From a virus (lineage: Duplodnaviria; Caudoviricetes): 35,576 nucleotides of DNA. Both the position numbers and the translations under genes were made by a program. Numbering within the stretch: the stretch's first letter is position 1; every line of letters starts with the position of its first letter. This document shows, piece after piece, positions 9,818 to 19,800 of the stretch. The notes under the pieces are model-generated. The model saw nothing but the letters and a program-made list of their open reading frames with translations. It did not search any database and was not told the DNA's origin. The stretch spans positions 1 through 35,576 of IMG/VR virus record IMGVR_UViG_3300031974_002949. The stretch is one strand, 5' to 3'.

Positions 9818-12800
9818 TTAATATGTACCACCGTCAAGGGTACCGTAAATAAGTCCCTCTATTTTTACACCATCTGCTGTAGACCAAATTCTACCTCCAC
9901 CGGTTGTATTTGTATTCGCTGCATTGCCCATATAAGGATGGTTTAAACATTGATATGCAATTGTTCTAGGTCCATAATCATGAACTCTGATTTGAGACCA
10001 AGTATTGCCAACATTAATATCCCCGGCTGTTCCACTATAGATTACTTTTGCTGCAGAGTCGGTAATAGAACCATTTCTTTCATTATCAAAATAGAATCTT
10101 ATGTCATGTGTAGACATTGAAGAATCGTTTTGATGGAATCTATATGTAGTACCAGGTTGAAGATCCAAATGAGGAGCTTGAATTTCTCTTGCTGTATATA
10201 AATCATCTGAATCAAAGGCAATGTAATAACCTTTCGCAGAGCCTGAACCATAATAACGATGTGCTGATGTTTTAAAGTCGGTTCTTACATAAATGTTAAT
10301 AATATCATCACCATAGCTATCAACTAGGCCTACTAATGCTGGAATGTTTGTATTAGCATTATCAGAATCTCTACCACCATAGGTTCTTAGAATGGTGTTG
10401 TTATCAACTATAAATGTACCATTACTATCATCATTTATTGTAACTCTACCTGAAGCAGTAATATCTGCAACTGATGGATTTGTATTAAGTGATATTAGAC
10501 CTGATGCAGAATCATATACAATGTTAGATCCTGCTACCATTACATCTCTTGCACGTTGTGATGTAAAGTCAGAATCAAGTATGAGTGTTGCAAAACTGCC
10601 ACCATCGGCTGTATTAATAATAAATTCACCTGTAGCAGAATCGAATGATGTGGATGATACTCCTGCAACACTAACTGATCCCGCAGAATCTAATTGACCC
10701 TGGGCATTAACCGTAAAGACCGGCACTTGAGATGCAGAACCATATGTACCTGCAGTGACTGTGGTATTGGTAATAGAAATATCACCAGATGCTACCGTAA
10801 TTCCAGTACCACCAACCAATCTTGCGTCAATATCACTATCAACTCTAGTTGCTGTATAATAAAGATTTAAGGAACCTTCACCTAAACTATCTGTAGTTTG
10901 TTGGGATAGGTCGTATTTCAGTTGAGTATTATCAGAATCAACTACTTGTAGTAAACCATTCGTACTGTGTTTCTTAAGAGTAATTTTTGTGCCAGCACCA
11001 CCTAGATCAATTTCTAGGCCTCTCATGGGCACTCTGTCGAATGCAGGATTATGGAATCTTACTCCGCCATCATTTGAGTCAACAGATATAAGAGTGCCAC
11101 CAAGATTAATTGTGTTTCCAGATAGATATAAATCTTTCCAACGGTAGTTTGAATCACCTAGATCGTATGTCTCATTGATTGCAGGAACTAAATGACCATC
11201 AATTGTTTGAATGGCTATTCCAAAATCCGAATCAAAATTATCTGCTGTGTAAATTTGTTCTACATCAATACTAAATGTACCAGTGGCAGAATCGTAAGAA
11301 AGGTCTCCAGTAGCTCTAAAGGCATCTCTGGCTCTTTGCTTAGTAAAATCAGAATCTGCTATAATAGTATTAAATGATCCACCATCAGCCGTATTAATAG
11401 TTAAAATACCTGTTGCCGAATCAAAAGAAGTAGAGGACACACCAGCAACGGCTACTGTTCCTACCGAATCAATTTGCCCTCTTGAATTGACAGTAAATAC
11501 AGGAATTAAGGAAGCTGAACCATAGGTACCCGAGTCAACTCCGGTATCGGTAATAGTAATTTTACCAGAGGCGGAATCATATGTAATTCCATTACCTTCA
11601 ACAAGATGCGCTCTAACTTCAGTTGCAGATGGTCCTGTATATGTGATAATACCAGTTGCAGGTGCATAACTTAAAGAACCATCACCCCCTACATCCGAAA
11701 CAGAAATAGCATGTCTAGCATCACTATCAGCTCTTGTATCAGTATAATAGAGATTTGTTGAACCCTCACTAAGAACGTCTGTATTATGATTCTGCAATGA
11801 TGATACCTGACCAGTAACATTACCAGTTAAGTTACCATAACCCATACTAAATTGAACAGGGGCCAGTGCAAATGTTGAATGTCCAGTGTTGATATTACCT
11901 TCAGGTTCCGGCTGATATCCTTGGAAAAATTTCCAACGTTGATCAGATACATCTCTAAACAAACCAGAGTGTGCATATGAATCAGCAGGGTTATTATAGT
12001 TGCCGGCAATACCAATTTGTACGTTGATCGGAGAAGCGGTGCCTTTCCATCTATCACCTTGAGTGTGACCTGTAGATGCACCAAATGTAATTACCTGATT
12101 GTCTTGGCCAGCTAAAGTTGCTGTTAAACCATCAGTATTAAGATTCCATTCCGTTAATCCGGTACCAGCTGAATCAAAATATTCTATTGTGGTAAAATCA
12201 GAATCTTTTGCCCATTCAATTATATCTGAGCCACCTGCGGTTTTAATACGCACCCAATAGGTAGTAGTTGCCTCACCTGTAAAGTGTCCCGATATTGTAG
12301 CATCATCTAGCCCTGTTCCGCCAGAACCTAAGCCCTGAAAGTTAGTACCAGCTTCGCCAATAGTATCTCCACCACCGAGATAAATGAATGTATCAGAAAC
12401 GTTAAGCGCCGCAGAAGATGAAGTAGTTTGTGTACCAAGAACTTGTAGGTTACCAGCAATTGTAACATTACCATCAATACGAGTAGCACCCGTTACACGG
12501 AATCTTTCAAATGTATGGTCATACAATTGCACGTATATAGAACCACCATTGTTGGCTGTATCTGATGTTAAACAGATACCAACATCCATTGGATAGTTTG
12601 GATATTCAGGAGCTGTATCCGTAATAGCACCGGGAGCAGAGAAACCAAGATGAATTCTACCACCTGCGGTTAATGCAGAAGTATCGATTCCTTGAATGTA
12701 ACCTCTTACAACAACATATCCATGTGCGCCATCTGCAATATCTTCGCCGGCTAGACCCAGAACATCTTTTTTAGTAACATCTGACGCATCCGCTAGAGCA

Positions 12801-15478
12801 ATAGTGGGATGATGGCCATGAACATCATCACCTGGAATGTGTACACCAGTAACATATACGGGTTGACCTTTAGAAATAGATACACCAGAATTGTTACGAC
12901 ATCTTACCCATTCTCTTTCACCAATTTGGATATCCATATCACTACTTGCGCCTTGCAAGTAAAGTGTATGAGCATCTTGATTATACCATAGAGTGCCTTC
13001 TGAATAGGTTGGTCCATCAGTATTAGCTGTTGGTTCAAATAATACATAACCGCCATCTTTAACAGTTAGTTTATTATTAACAATCGCTGTAGTTGATTTA
13101 AGATTAGTAACTACACCACTATCTGCATTAAATTGAGAAATATACGCAGAGTCTGATGTAAGTTGACTTACTATACCTGTAGGTACTGCTAAGTTAGTAA
13201 TAGTAGCTGAATCAGATGTCAGAGCATCAATATGAGCAACGTTAACATCTAATTGTGTAGCATGTATACTATCTACACTAAGATCATCAATGTGACCTGT
13301 GTTTACATTTAAACTTGTTACTACTGCAGAATCAATAGACACTTGACCCAGTGTAGCTGTATCTATATCACCAGTAATTACATTAAGATTTGTTATACGT
13401 GCAGAATCAATCAAAGCATCTACTGCATTAAGATTAGTAATAGTGCCTGAATCAATTGTAGCATTTGCAGAAGTAAATGTATCTACATCACCAGTTGCTA
13501 CGTTGAGTTGTCCTGCATATACAGAATCAAGAGTTGCATTAGCTGATGTTAGAGTATCAATGTCACCAGTTACAACGTTAAGTTGAATTGCATAAGCCGA
13601 GTCTGTAGTAAACTGATCAATATCACCAGTTACAACATTTAGTGTTTGAGCTGAAATTGAATCTACTGCTAATTGTTGTATCTCAGCAGAATTAGCTTCC
13701 ATATTAACAATGTTAAAGTTATTAATATATGAAGAGTCAATATGTAATTGAGAAACGTTTAGACTATCTACCGTTAACTGGGAAATATATGCTGAATCAA
13801 ACCTAGCATGCTTAGCTACAAGATCTACTGTTTGGCCATTAGCATTTTTAACAGCAAGGGCACCATCACTATCAGATAATACAAGTGAGCCAAGATATAT
13901 TGATTGGCCAGATAGATATAGATCTTTCCATCTACGATTAAGAGAACCAAGATCATAGGTTGAATCAAGATCTGGTAATATATTGCCTAATACATTTACA
14001 CCACTATCAGTAGTTTGGAATTTAACCAAATTGTCATAGAATAGTCTTACACCTTCACCAAGACGTTCGGCATCAAATAAGGTATTACCATCACCTGTCT
14101 TAAAGTATTGTTGATCAGACCATACTTCTACTTTACCCGATGCATTATTTTTTACAAAGAAATTACTACCATCATGATAAAGATCAACGTCTACGCCATC
14201 CGTAGAACCCAAAGTAATTGCAACATCGTTTTGGAATCTTATGTCTTGACCAAATGAATCAATCACTTGATCATACGTACCACCATCAGCTGTATTGATT
14301 CTAAATGTATTTAAATTTGATAACCAACTAGTTGAGTCAACCCCCGCAACAGTTGTAGTCGTAATGTCGTATAGACGACCATATCTATCAACGGTAAATG
14401 TTGGAATCTCGGTAGCAGAACCAAATGTGCCAGAATCAACCCCAGTTACATTTAGATCAAAATAGTTAGAATCAGGATACCAATGTATGTTTACGCTATT
14501 TTCAATAGCTTGATCTAGGTCAGAGTCAAAGTCTTCACTAGTGTAAACTTGTTGAATGTCAACTGAAATAATGCCTGTATTAGTATCATACTGCAAGTCA
14601 CCAGAAGTACTAATCATACCTCTAATTGTAGACGTAGATGTTGCATCTCCTAGAGCGGAATCAAATCTTGCACGTGTATAATAAAGGTTATCACTTTCTT
14701 TTAAATCATTTGTAGAGAAAGGACTTAATGTAACGGCTGTGGTAAATGTTTGACCGTCAGCTGTTGATATAGTAATTTCACCACTATTGTCTGATGAATC
14801 ATAATCTAGATTTGTGACACCTGCAACTGCAACTGTGTTAATGGCGGTTACTTGCCCTTGATCATTTACGGTTAGAACTGGGACTTGCGCACCTGAACCA
14901 TATTCACCGGGTGTTACACCTGTTGAATCGACATCTAATACAAGTCTATATTCTGATCCAATTTTAGTAGCAGAAGTGCTAATAGAATTACCACCAATAA
15001 TTCTAAATGTTTCGGCATCATAAAGAGAAATAGAATCAGTAAAATTATCATCAGTTACAAAGATTGCATGTTTAACTTTATCAACTTCATCATCCACAAA
15101 TCTTTTTGTAGTAAGATCAGAGTCATTAAAGGCACCAAGAACAGTCTGTCTGAATTGATTTGCTTCTATATCACCGGTAGATGTAAGGTTGCCTGTTACA
15201 TCAACACTGCCTTGAATATTAAGATGATCATTGGCAAGAGATATAGTATCACTATCGAGAGTAATTTCATCAACTGTTAATACTCTTAGTTCTTGCCTAT
15301 TAATAAATGATTGTGATGCAGAATCAAATTGTAAAAGATCATTATCAGATACATTAGTAAGACTCATACCAGTAAGGTTAAATACTGAAAATGCACCCGA
15401 TGTTACTTTGCGGATAGGTATACCAACAATTACTTTTCTTACGTAAGTATTTCTAGGTTGGGTAGTTTGAATTGGCAT
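9818..15478 (-). CDS. Giant repetitive tail fibre / virion structural protein (1886 aa)
   Basis: 4x G(T/E)(Y/F)GS...P..TV...G...VAGV...TADG repeats, 3x NLYYT..R.DS, 2x TYDLG...RWKDLYLSG, 15-aa DSA repeats, a cement-like domain, a C-terminal cupredoxin-like domain and an LDGGTY end. Confidence 0.8.
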   Translation of the reverse strand: MPIQTTQPRNTYVRKVIVGIPIRKVTSGAFSVFNLTGMSLTNVSDNDLLQFDSASQSFINRQELRVLTVDEITLDSDTISLANDHLNIQGSVDVTGNLTSTGDIEANQFRQTVLGAFNDSDLTTKRFVDDEVDKVKHAIFVTDDNFTDSISLYDAETFRIIGGNSISTSATKIGSEYRLVLDVDSTGVTPGEYGSGAQVPVLTVNDQGQVTAINTVAVAGVTNLDYDSSDNSGEITISTADGQTFTTAVTLSPFSTNDLKESDNLYYTRARFDSALGDATSTSTIRGMISTSGDLQYDTNTGIISVDIQQVYTSEDFDSDLDQAIENSVNIHWYPDSNYFDLNVTGVDSGTFGSATEIPTFTVDRYGRLYDITTTTVAGVDSTSWLSNLNTFRINTADGGTYDQVIDSFGQDIRFQNDVAITLGSTDGVDVDLYHDGSNFFVKNNASGKVEVWSDQQYFKTGDGNTLFDAERLGEGVRLFYDNLVKFQTTDSGVNVLGNILPDLDSTYDLGSLNRRWKDLYLSGQSIYLGSLVLSDSDGALAVKNANGQTVDLVAKHARFDSAYISQLTVDSLNVSQLHIDSSYINNFNIVNMEANSAEIQQLAVDSISAQTLNVVTGDIDQFTTDSAYAIQLNVVTGDIDTLTSANATLDSVYAGQLNVATGDVDTFTSANATIDSGTITNLNAVDALIDSARITNLNVITGDIDTATLGQVSIDSAVVTSLNVNTGHIDDLSVDSIHATQLDVNVAHIDALTSDSATITNLAVPTGIVSQLTSDSAYISQFNADSGVVTNLKSTTAIVNNKLTVKDGGYVLFEPTANTDGPTYSEGTLWYNQDAHTLYLQGASSDMDIQIGEREWVRCRNNSGVSISKGQPVYVTGVHIPGDDVHGHHPTIALADASDVTKKDVLGLAGEDIADGAHGYVVVRGYIQGIDTSALTAGGRIHLGFSAPGAITDTAPEYPNYPMDVGICLTSDTANNGGSIYVQLYDHTFERFRVTGATRIDGNVTIAGNLQVLGTQTTSSSAALNVSDTFIYLGGGDTIGEAGTNFQGLGSGGTGLDDATISGHFTGEATTTYWVRIKTAGGSDIIEWAKDSDFTTIEYFDSAGTGLTEWNLNTDGLTATLAGQDNQVITFGASTGHTQGDRWKGTASPINVQIGIAGNYNNPADSYAHSGLFRDVSDQRWKFFQGYQPEPEGNINTGHSTFALAPVQFSMGYGNLTGNVTGQVSSLQNHNTDVLSEGSTNLYYTDTRADSDARHAISVSDVGGDGSLSYAPATGIITYTGPSATEVRAHLVEGNGITYDSASGKITITDTGVDSGTYGSASLIPVFTVNSRGQIDSVGTVAVAGVSSTSFDSATGILTINTADGGSFNTIIADSDFTKQRARDAFRATGDLSYDSATGTFSIDVEQIYTADNFDSDFGIAIQTIDGHLVPAINETYDLGDSNYRWKDLYLSGNTINLGGTLISVDSNDGGVRFHNPAFDRVPMRGLEIDLGGAGTKITLKKHSTNGLLQVVDSDNTQLKYDLSQQTTDSLGEGSLNLYYTATRVDSDIDARLVGGTGITVASGDISITNTTVTAGTYGSASQVPVFTVNAQGQLDSAGSVSVAGVSSTSFDSATGEFIINTADGGSFATLILDSDFTSQRARDVMVAGSNIVYDSASGLISLNTNPSVADITASGRVTINDDSNGTFIVDNNTILRTYGGRDSDNANTNIPALVGLVDSYGDDIINIYVRTDFKTSAHRYYGSGSAKGYYIAFDSDDLYTAREIQAPHLDLQPGTTYRFHQNDSSMSTHDIRFYFDNERNGSITDSAAKVIYSGTAGDINVGNTWSQIRVHDYGPRTIAYQCLNHPYMGNAANTNTTGGGRIWSTADGVKIEGLIYGTLDGGTY
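13100..13810 (-). repeat. Degenerate 15-aa (45-nt) repeat array with 5-residue periodicity, DSAxxxQLNVxxGDI
   Basis: Seen in the translation of the 1886-aa ORF. Confidence 0.8.
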
Positions 15479-15497
15479 TTAAGTCTCCGAAATTGCT

Positions 15498-15860
15498 TTA
15501 AGGCCCATCTGAAACACTTGTAACATTTGGTGTAACCTGAATTCTTCCCTCCATAACACGTTCAATAATCTCGTTGTTATCACTGTCATAAAAAGATATG
15601 TTAATATCATAAACATATCTACCTGTATCCAGTAGAGCAGTCTGTACGTTTGTAAGGGAGAGAGTAGCAATTCCGTCAGTAGCAGGTGATGCAATTACTG
15701 TAGTAAATTCATAAGAAGCTTCTGCCGCGTATGATTTTTTCATAGTACCTGTAATCGTATGATTAGCCAGGTTTTTACTATTGCCATTGGCGTCTTCAAG
15801 ATGTAGTTCGATAGAGACATCGCTACCTTTATCGATAGTAAATTCTTCGTATTGGGCCAT
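15498..15860 (-). CDS. Conserved T4-like virion adaptor (BppU-like Ig fold), about 120 aa; start revised to MAQYEEF
   Basis: IDKGSD...LSLTNVQTALLDTGRYVYDI...ERVMEGRIQVTP motif; GGAG Shine-Dalgarno just upstream of the ATG at 15860. Confidence 0.7.
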   Translation of the reverse strand: MAQYEEFTIDKGSDVSIELHLEDANGNSKNLANHTITGTMKKSYAAEASYEFTTVIASPATDGIATLSLTNVQTALLDTGRYVYDINISFYDSDNNEIIERVMEGRIQVTPNVTSVSDGP

Positions 15861-15914
15861 AAAACTCTCCAGTTTCTTTGTCGGACACACCACGTGCCCC
15901 TGCTCCGTTGTTCT

Positions 15915-15922
15915 TATTTATA
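15915..15922 (-). promoter_or_regulatory. T4-type late promoter TATAAATA
   Basis: Exact consensus in an intergenic region, embedded in the inverted repeat TTCTTA-N4-TAAGAA. Confidence 0.85.
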
Positions 15923-15954
15923 AGAAAAAGAAACTTAAAGAGATTTTTAATTAT

Positions 15955-16488
15955 TTAATACCAAAGTATTTCATGTCTCAAACCCATAGATGTTCCACCA
16001 TTCCATGCTGGATATTCAATTTCAAGTGTGTTACCTGCTGATCCAAAACCAGCACCTGTATAATACCTTTGATGGGCTAATGTAAGGGGGGTTTCGGCGG
16101 CCACGTAATCGGCAGGATAGCTGGTTGATGATCTATAAACTTCAACCATGCTAGTGTCTTTTCCCCTGTGAACCATTATTAGCGCTTTTGAGTATATACT
16201 TACCGGACTGGATGTTGGCCATATGGTAAATTTTTCATTATAGGGTGATGATGAGGTGTTGCCATCAAACCTGCCTACCACGCCTGGACTTGCCCATGTA
16301 CTTCCCCCAGCTGGCGCTATTATCCATGGTGATATTGAAATAATAAGCGTTGTCCAATTCGTGTCCTGAGGAAGTTCATTATAAAAATTTACATCATTTG
16401 CGGCCCACGTTTGATAGCCTCCATTATCTACTTGATGAGTATTAAATTGTACGCCGGCGAGTGGCGTTCCATTAAGTAAAAAAGCCAT
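15955..16488 (-). CDS. Hypothetical protein, possibly a fibre-tip adhesin (177 aa; start revised to MAFLLNG)
   Basis: GAGGTG Shine-Dalgarno before the ATG at 16488; Trp/Tyr/Gly/Pro-rich; follows the fibre and chaperone genes. Confidence 0.55.
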   Translation of the reverse strand: MAFLLNGTPLAGVQFNTHQVDNGGYQTWAANDVNFYNELPQDTNWTTLIISISPWIIAPAGGSTWASPGVVGRFDGNTSSSPYNEKFTIWPTSSPVSIYSKALIMVHRGKDTSMVEVYRSSTSYPADYVAAETPLTLAHQRYYTGAGFGSAGNTLEIEYPAWNGGTSMGLRHEILWY

Positions 16489-16490
16489 TT

Positions 16491-16808
16491 TTACACCTCT
16501 GGTTCTGCTGGCCAATCACTATCTGATAATAGTGGCCAATGTTCTGTAGTTGGTAGATCCCTTAGGGCTGTTCTATATGTTCTATATGGTAGTTTAATAC
16601 TATCAGGAACATCTTCACCTTGTGTCCAGTCACATTTTTTAAGAAGATCGTTTCTAATTTCCCGCTGTGCTTCTATCCATGATTCATTAGTTTTAAGAAA
16701 AATTAATTGATCAGAATCCTGGGCAAGCATTTCTGGTGTTTTATCAACTTCAACCACTTCACCATTGCTATCGCGATATAGATATGTAGTACCTAATGTA
16801 TACGGCAT
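16491..16808 (-). CDS. Phage tail (fibre) assembly chaperone, Phage_tail_APC-like
   Basis: REIRNDLLKKCDWTQGEDVP...YRTYRTALRDLP...WPAEP signature. Confidence 0.85.
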   Translation of the reverse strand: MPYTLGTTYLYRDSNGEVVEVDKTPEMLAQDSDQLIFLKTNESWIEAQREIRNDLLKKCDWTQGEDVPDSIKLPYRTYRTALRDLPTTEHWPLLSDSDWPAEPEV

Positions 16809-16809
16809 T

Positions 16810-19800
16810 TTAATTACTCTTAAGTTGTTCTATTTCTTGTTTCATTTCTTCAATCATGGCCTGTTGTTCTTTAACTGCTTCAATTAATACACCAACCATC
16901 TTACCATAGTCAACTGATTTCATACCTTCAGTATCTGTGTTGACTACCTCAGGTAGGACTTCTTCAACTTCTTGAGCAATGACACCAACCTTACGATCTT
17001 CATTATTAATTTTATTATACCAAACACCACGTAATTGTGATACAAGGTCTAGACCATTCTCAACGGTTTCAATGTTTTCCTTTGTACGAACATCAGAGAT
17101 TGAGTTAACGTCACCTTGAACAGTAAGATTTGTATTTTCAAATGTCGCGCATAGAACAGATTGGCCACCCACTTCGGTCCTAATTTCTAATTTGCCGTCT
17201 TCAGACCCATTTGTAGGATCAACAATTACGCTTCTAATATTAGACCAATCTGAATAAAAACCACTTCCATTATACCCGTTAAAATTTATTTCCCCTACAA
17301 TATCACTAGCCGATGTTGAACTGCCCGGATCGTTAATTAAATTAACTCGAACTCCTGATAAACTTGAAGAAGGTTGTCGCTCAGACCTGAAGCTATAGGA
17401 GCCGGTGCCAGCATCGAGTGCAACGTCATGACCTGAATTAATAGCACAATAACCCCCACTCATTGTGGTAGCAAGGCCTTCAGCTCTAAAAACACGTGTT
17501 TCTGTACCACCAACCATATTATATATTGAAAAATCACCGTCTTCTGTACCAGTGGATACATCATCTGTCTTCGCTTCTATCCTACTATATACTTTTTCTG
17601 TACTGTTGAAGTTTTCTGCAATGAAAGATATACTACCGATAGTATCGCCATCCTCTGTAAAGATATCGGTGTTTACTATCCTCATATCAATGGGCCTAGA
17701 GGTATCATTTTCTGACTCGGCCGAGAACGTGAATGTATTTGAATTATTTCTAAATGTAAGAGCATCAGACGTGGTGATCGTTTGCCCCGAAGTACCTAGA
17801 TTAAACTGTATCTCTTCACCTGATGTAGTACCTCGCATAAAGATATCATCACCAGTAGGTACTAGGTACATGTCAAAAGGAGAACTAATTGTTGTATGAC
17901 TATTGCCTGCAGCGTAAAATACTTCTGTTCTAGTACCCCCACTTTTTACAGACATCTCAAGAGCGCCATCTTCAGTTCCACTAGTAACATCTCTAGCGTA
18001 TCCCCGAATCCTTGCGTAATCAAGATTAGTTCCACCACTACTAGCGCCAACATAGTCTAGCTGACCAATAACCATCTGATCTGCTGCGGAAGTCGTATTG
18101 TTGTGGATTCTAAGATTAACTGGCGCACTTGCTGCGGAGGCTGTATCACGTTCAAAGAAGAATGTTGCACCTTTTTCATCTGCGTCTGTTCCAGCCGCCC
18201 AACCACCGTTTGTCGCGTATCCTGCATCAGCTGGAGCAGTGAACTTGACTGCTGTAGCCGAAGATATTGTAGTAATCCCAGCATTAAGAGTAATACCATC
18301 ATAAAGAGATCCGCCGCGCGTAGATCTTAGTATCAGTTTACCATCTTCAGTTGCATCTGTAACATCAGTAGCTTCAGCAAATATTTGGGCATAGTCTGTG
18401 TGAGGAGTATTACCTGCACTATTCTCCCCTGAGAATGTTATTGCGCCTAAATCGTTGCCATCATTTAAAGTAATATCACCTTGAATAATTTTTAGCTCAA
18501 CTGGAACTATTGAACCCGAACTTGTGTGACTAAACCCAAAGATGCCATTATCGGATTGTATGTTGCCGCGAAGATCTCCAGTTTCCGTTTCTCCACTTAA
18601 TTTTATAGATGAATATGTTAACCCAGGCACAAGAGGCTCTAGATAATAATCTCTTAGTTGTGCAGAGTCTAAGTCCAAAGTAATAGTTTCATTGCTTGCC
18701 TGATCAGTAGTAAAGTTACCACCAGTCTTTAACCCAAGTCCTGGATCTATTGTAATAGTAGCATTGTTTGGAGTAGAACCAGCTGGTAGTGTGATAGCTC
18801 TAGTTGCAACTTGAGTTACGTGACCTGTTGCACTTGTCTGAATACTATCTACGACATCAAACGTACCACTATGTGCCACTGTTTCTGAAGCAGATACATT
18901 ATTTCTTGTTACATTTTTATGACTAAATGTTAAGTTATCGTCAGCAGTAAAGTTTACATCAATATCTGTACCTTCGTCAAAGGTTAGTATATCACCAGAC
19001 GTGATTGTATATGTTGTACCATCATCATCCTTAGCTGTCCATGAACCATAGTTATCATATCTGTTGTCAAAGTCATCAGCGGTGATAGCAGTAATGTGAC
19101 CTGTAGCATTAACAGTTACAGATTTTATATAACTACCATCTTCTGTACCGGACTGGCCATAGGTGTTTGCAGTTACACCAGAGGTATCATGTGTAAAGGA
19201 ACCAAAATTTGAATCATATGATATAGGTGCTGTGGCATCTAAAAACTTAGCGGTAACCAATCTTGAATTTACTGGGGCATTGCCTTCACCCACTATCCAA
19301 TATCTTGCGGACTCATCCCATACTAGCTGTACATCGGTTTCATTGCCACGTTCAACTCTAAGACCTGCGTCTTGTGTTGGAGCTCCAGTATGATTACTAT
19401 TAAGATTAATAATATTATCTGCTAGATTAATTGTCTCTGTATTAACTGTAGTGGTTGTGCCTGATACTGTTAAATTACCCTTTAGTATAGTATTTCCACC
19501 TACCCATAGGTTACCAGATACATTTGCAGAGTCTGCACTAAACTGTCCAATGTTACCTGAGTCCGCAGAAATGTATGACGACGAAAACGAGGTTAAACCA
19601 GATACGCTGTTTGGCAAACCAATTGTTGCAGATGAACCTTCACCTGGTGTATGAGATACTGTAATCTCATTGGTAGTTCCAGAAATACCAGACATGTAGT
19701 TGCCAGTAGTCTCTGTACCTAGAGCAATACCATTATTTTTAACAGATACCACACCATTACTTACACTAAAGTTATCAGAACTAAATGAGGCCACACCCTT

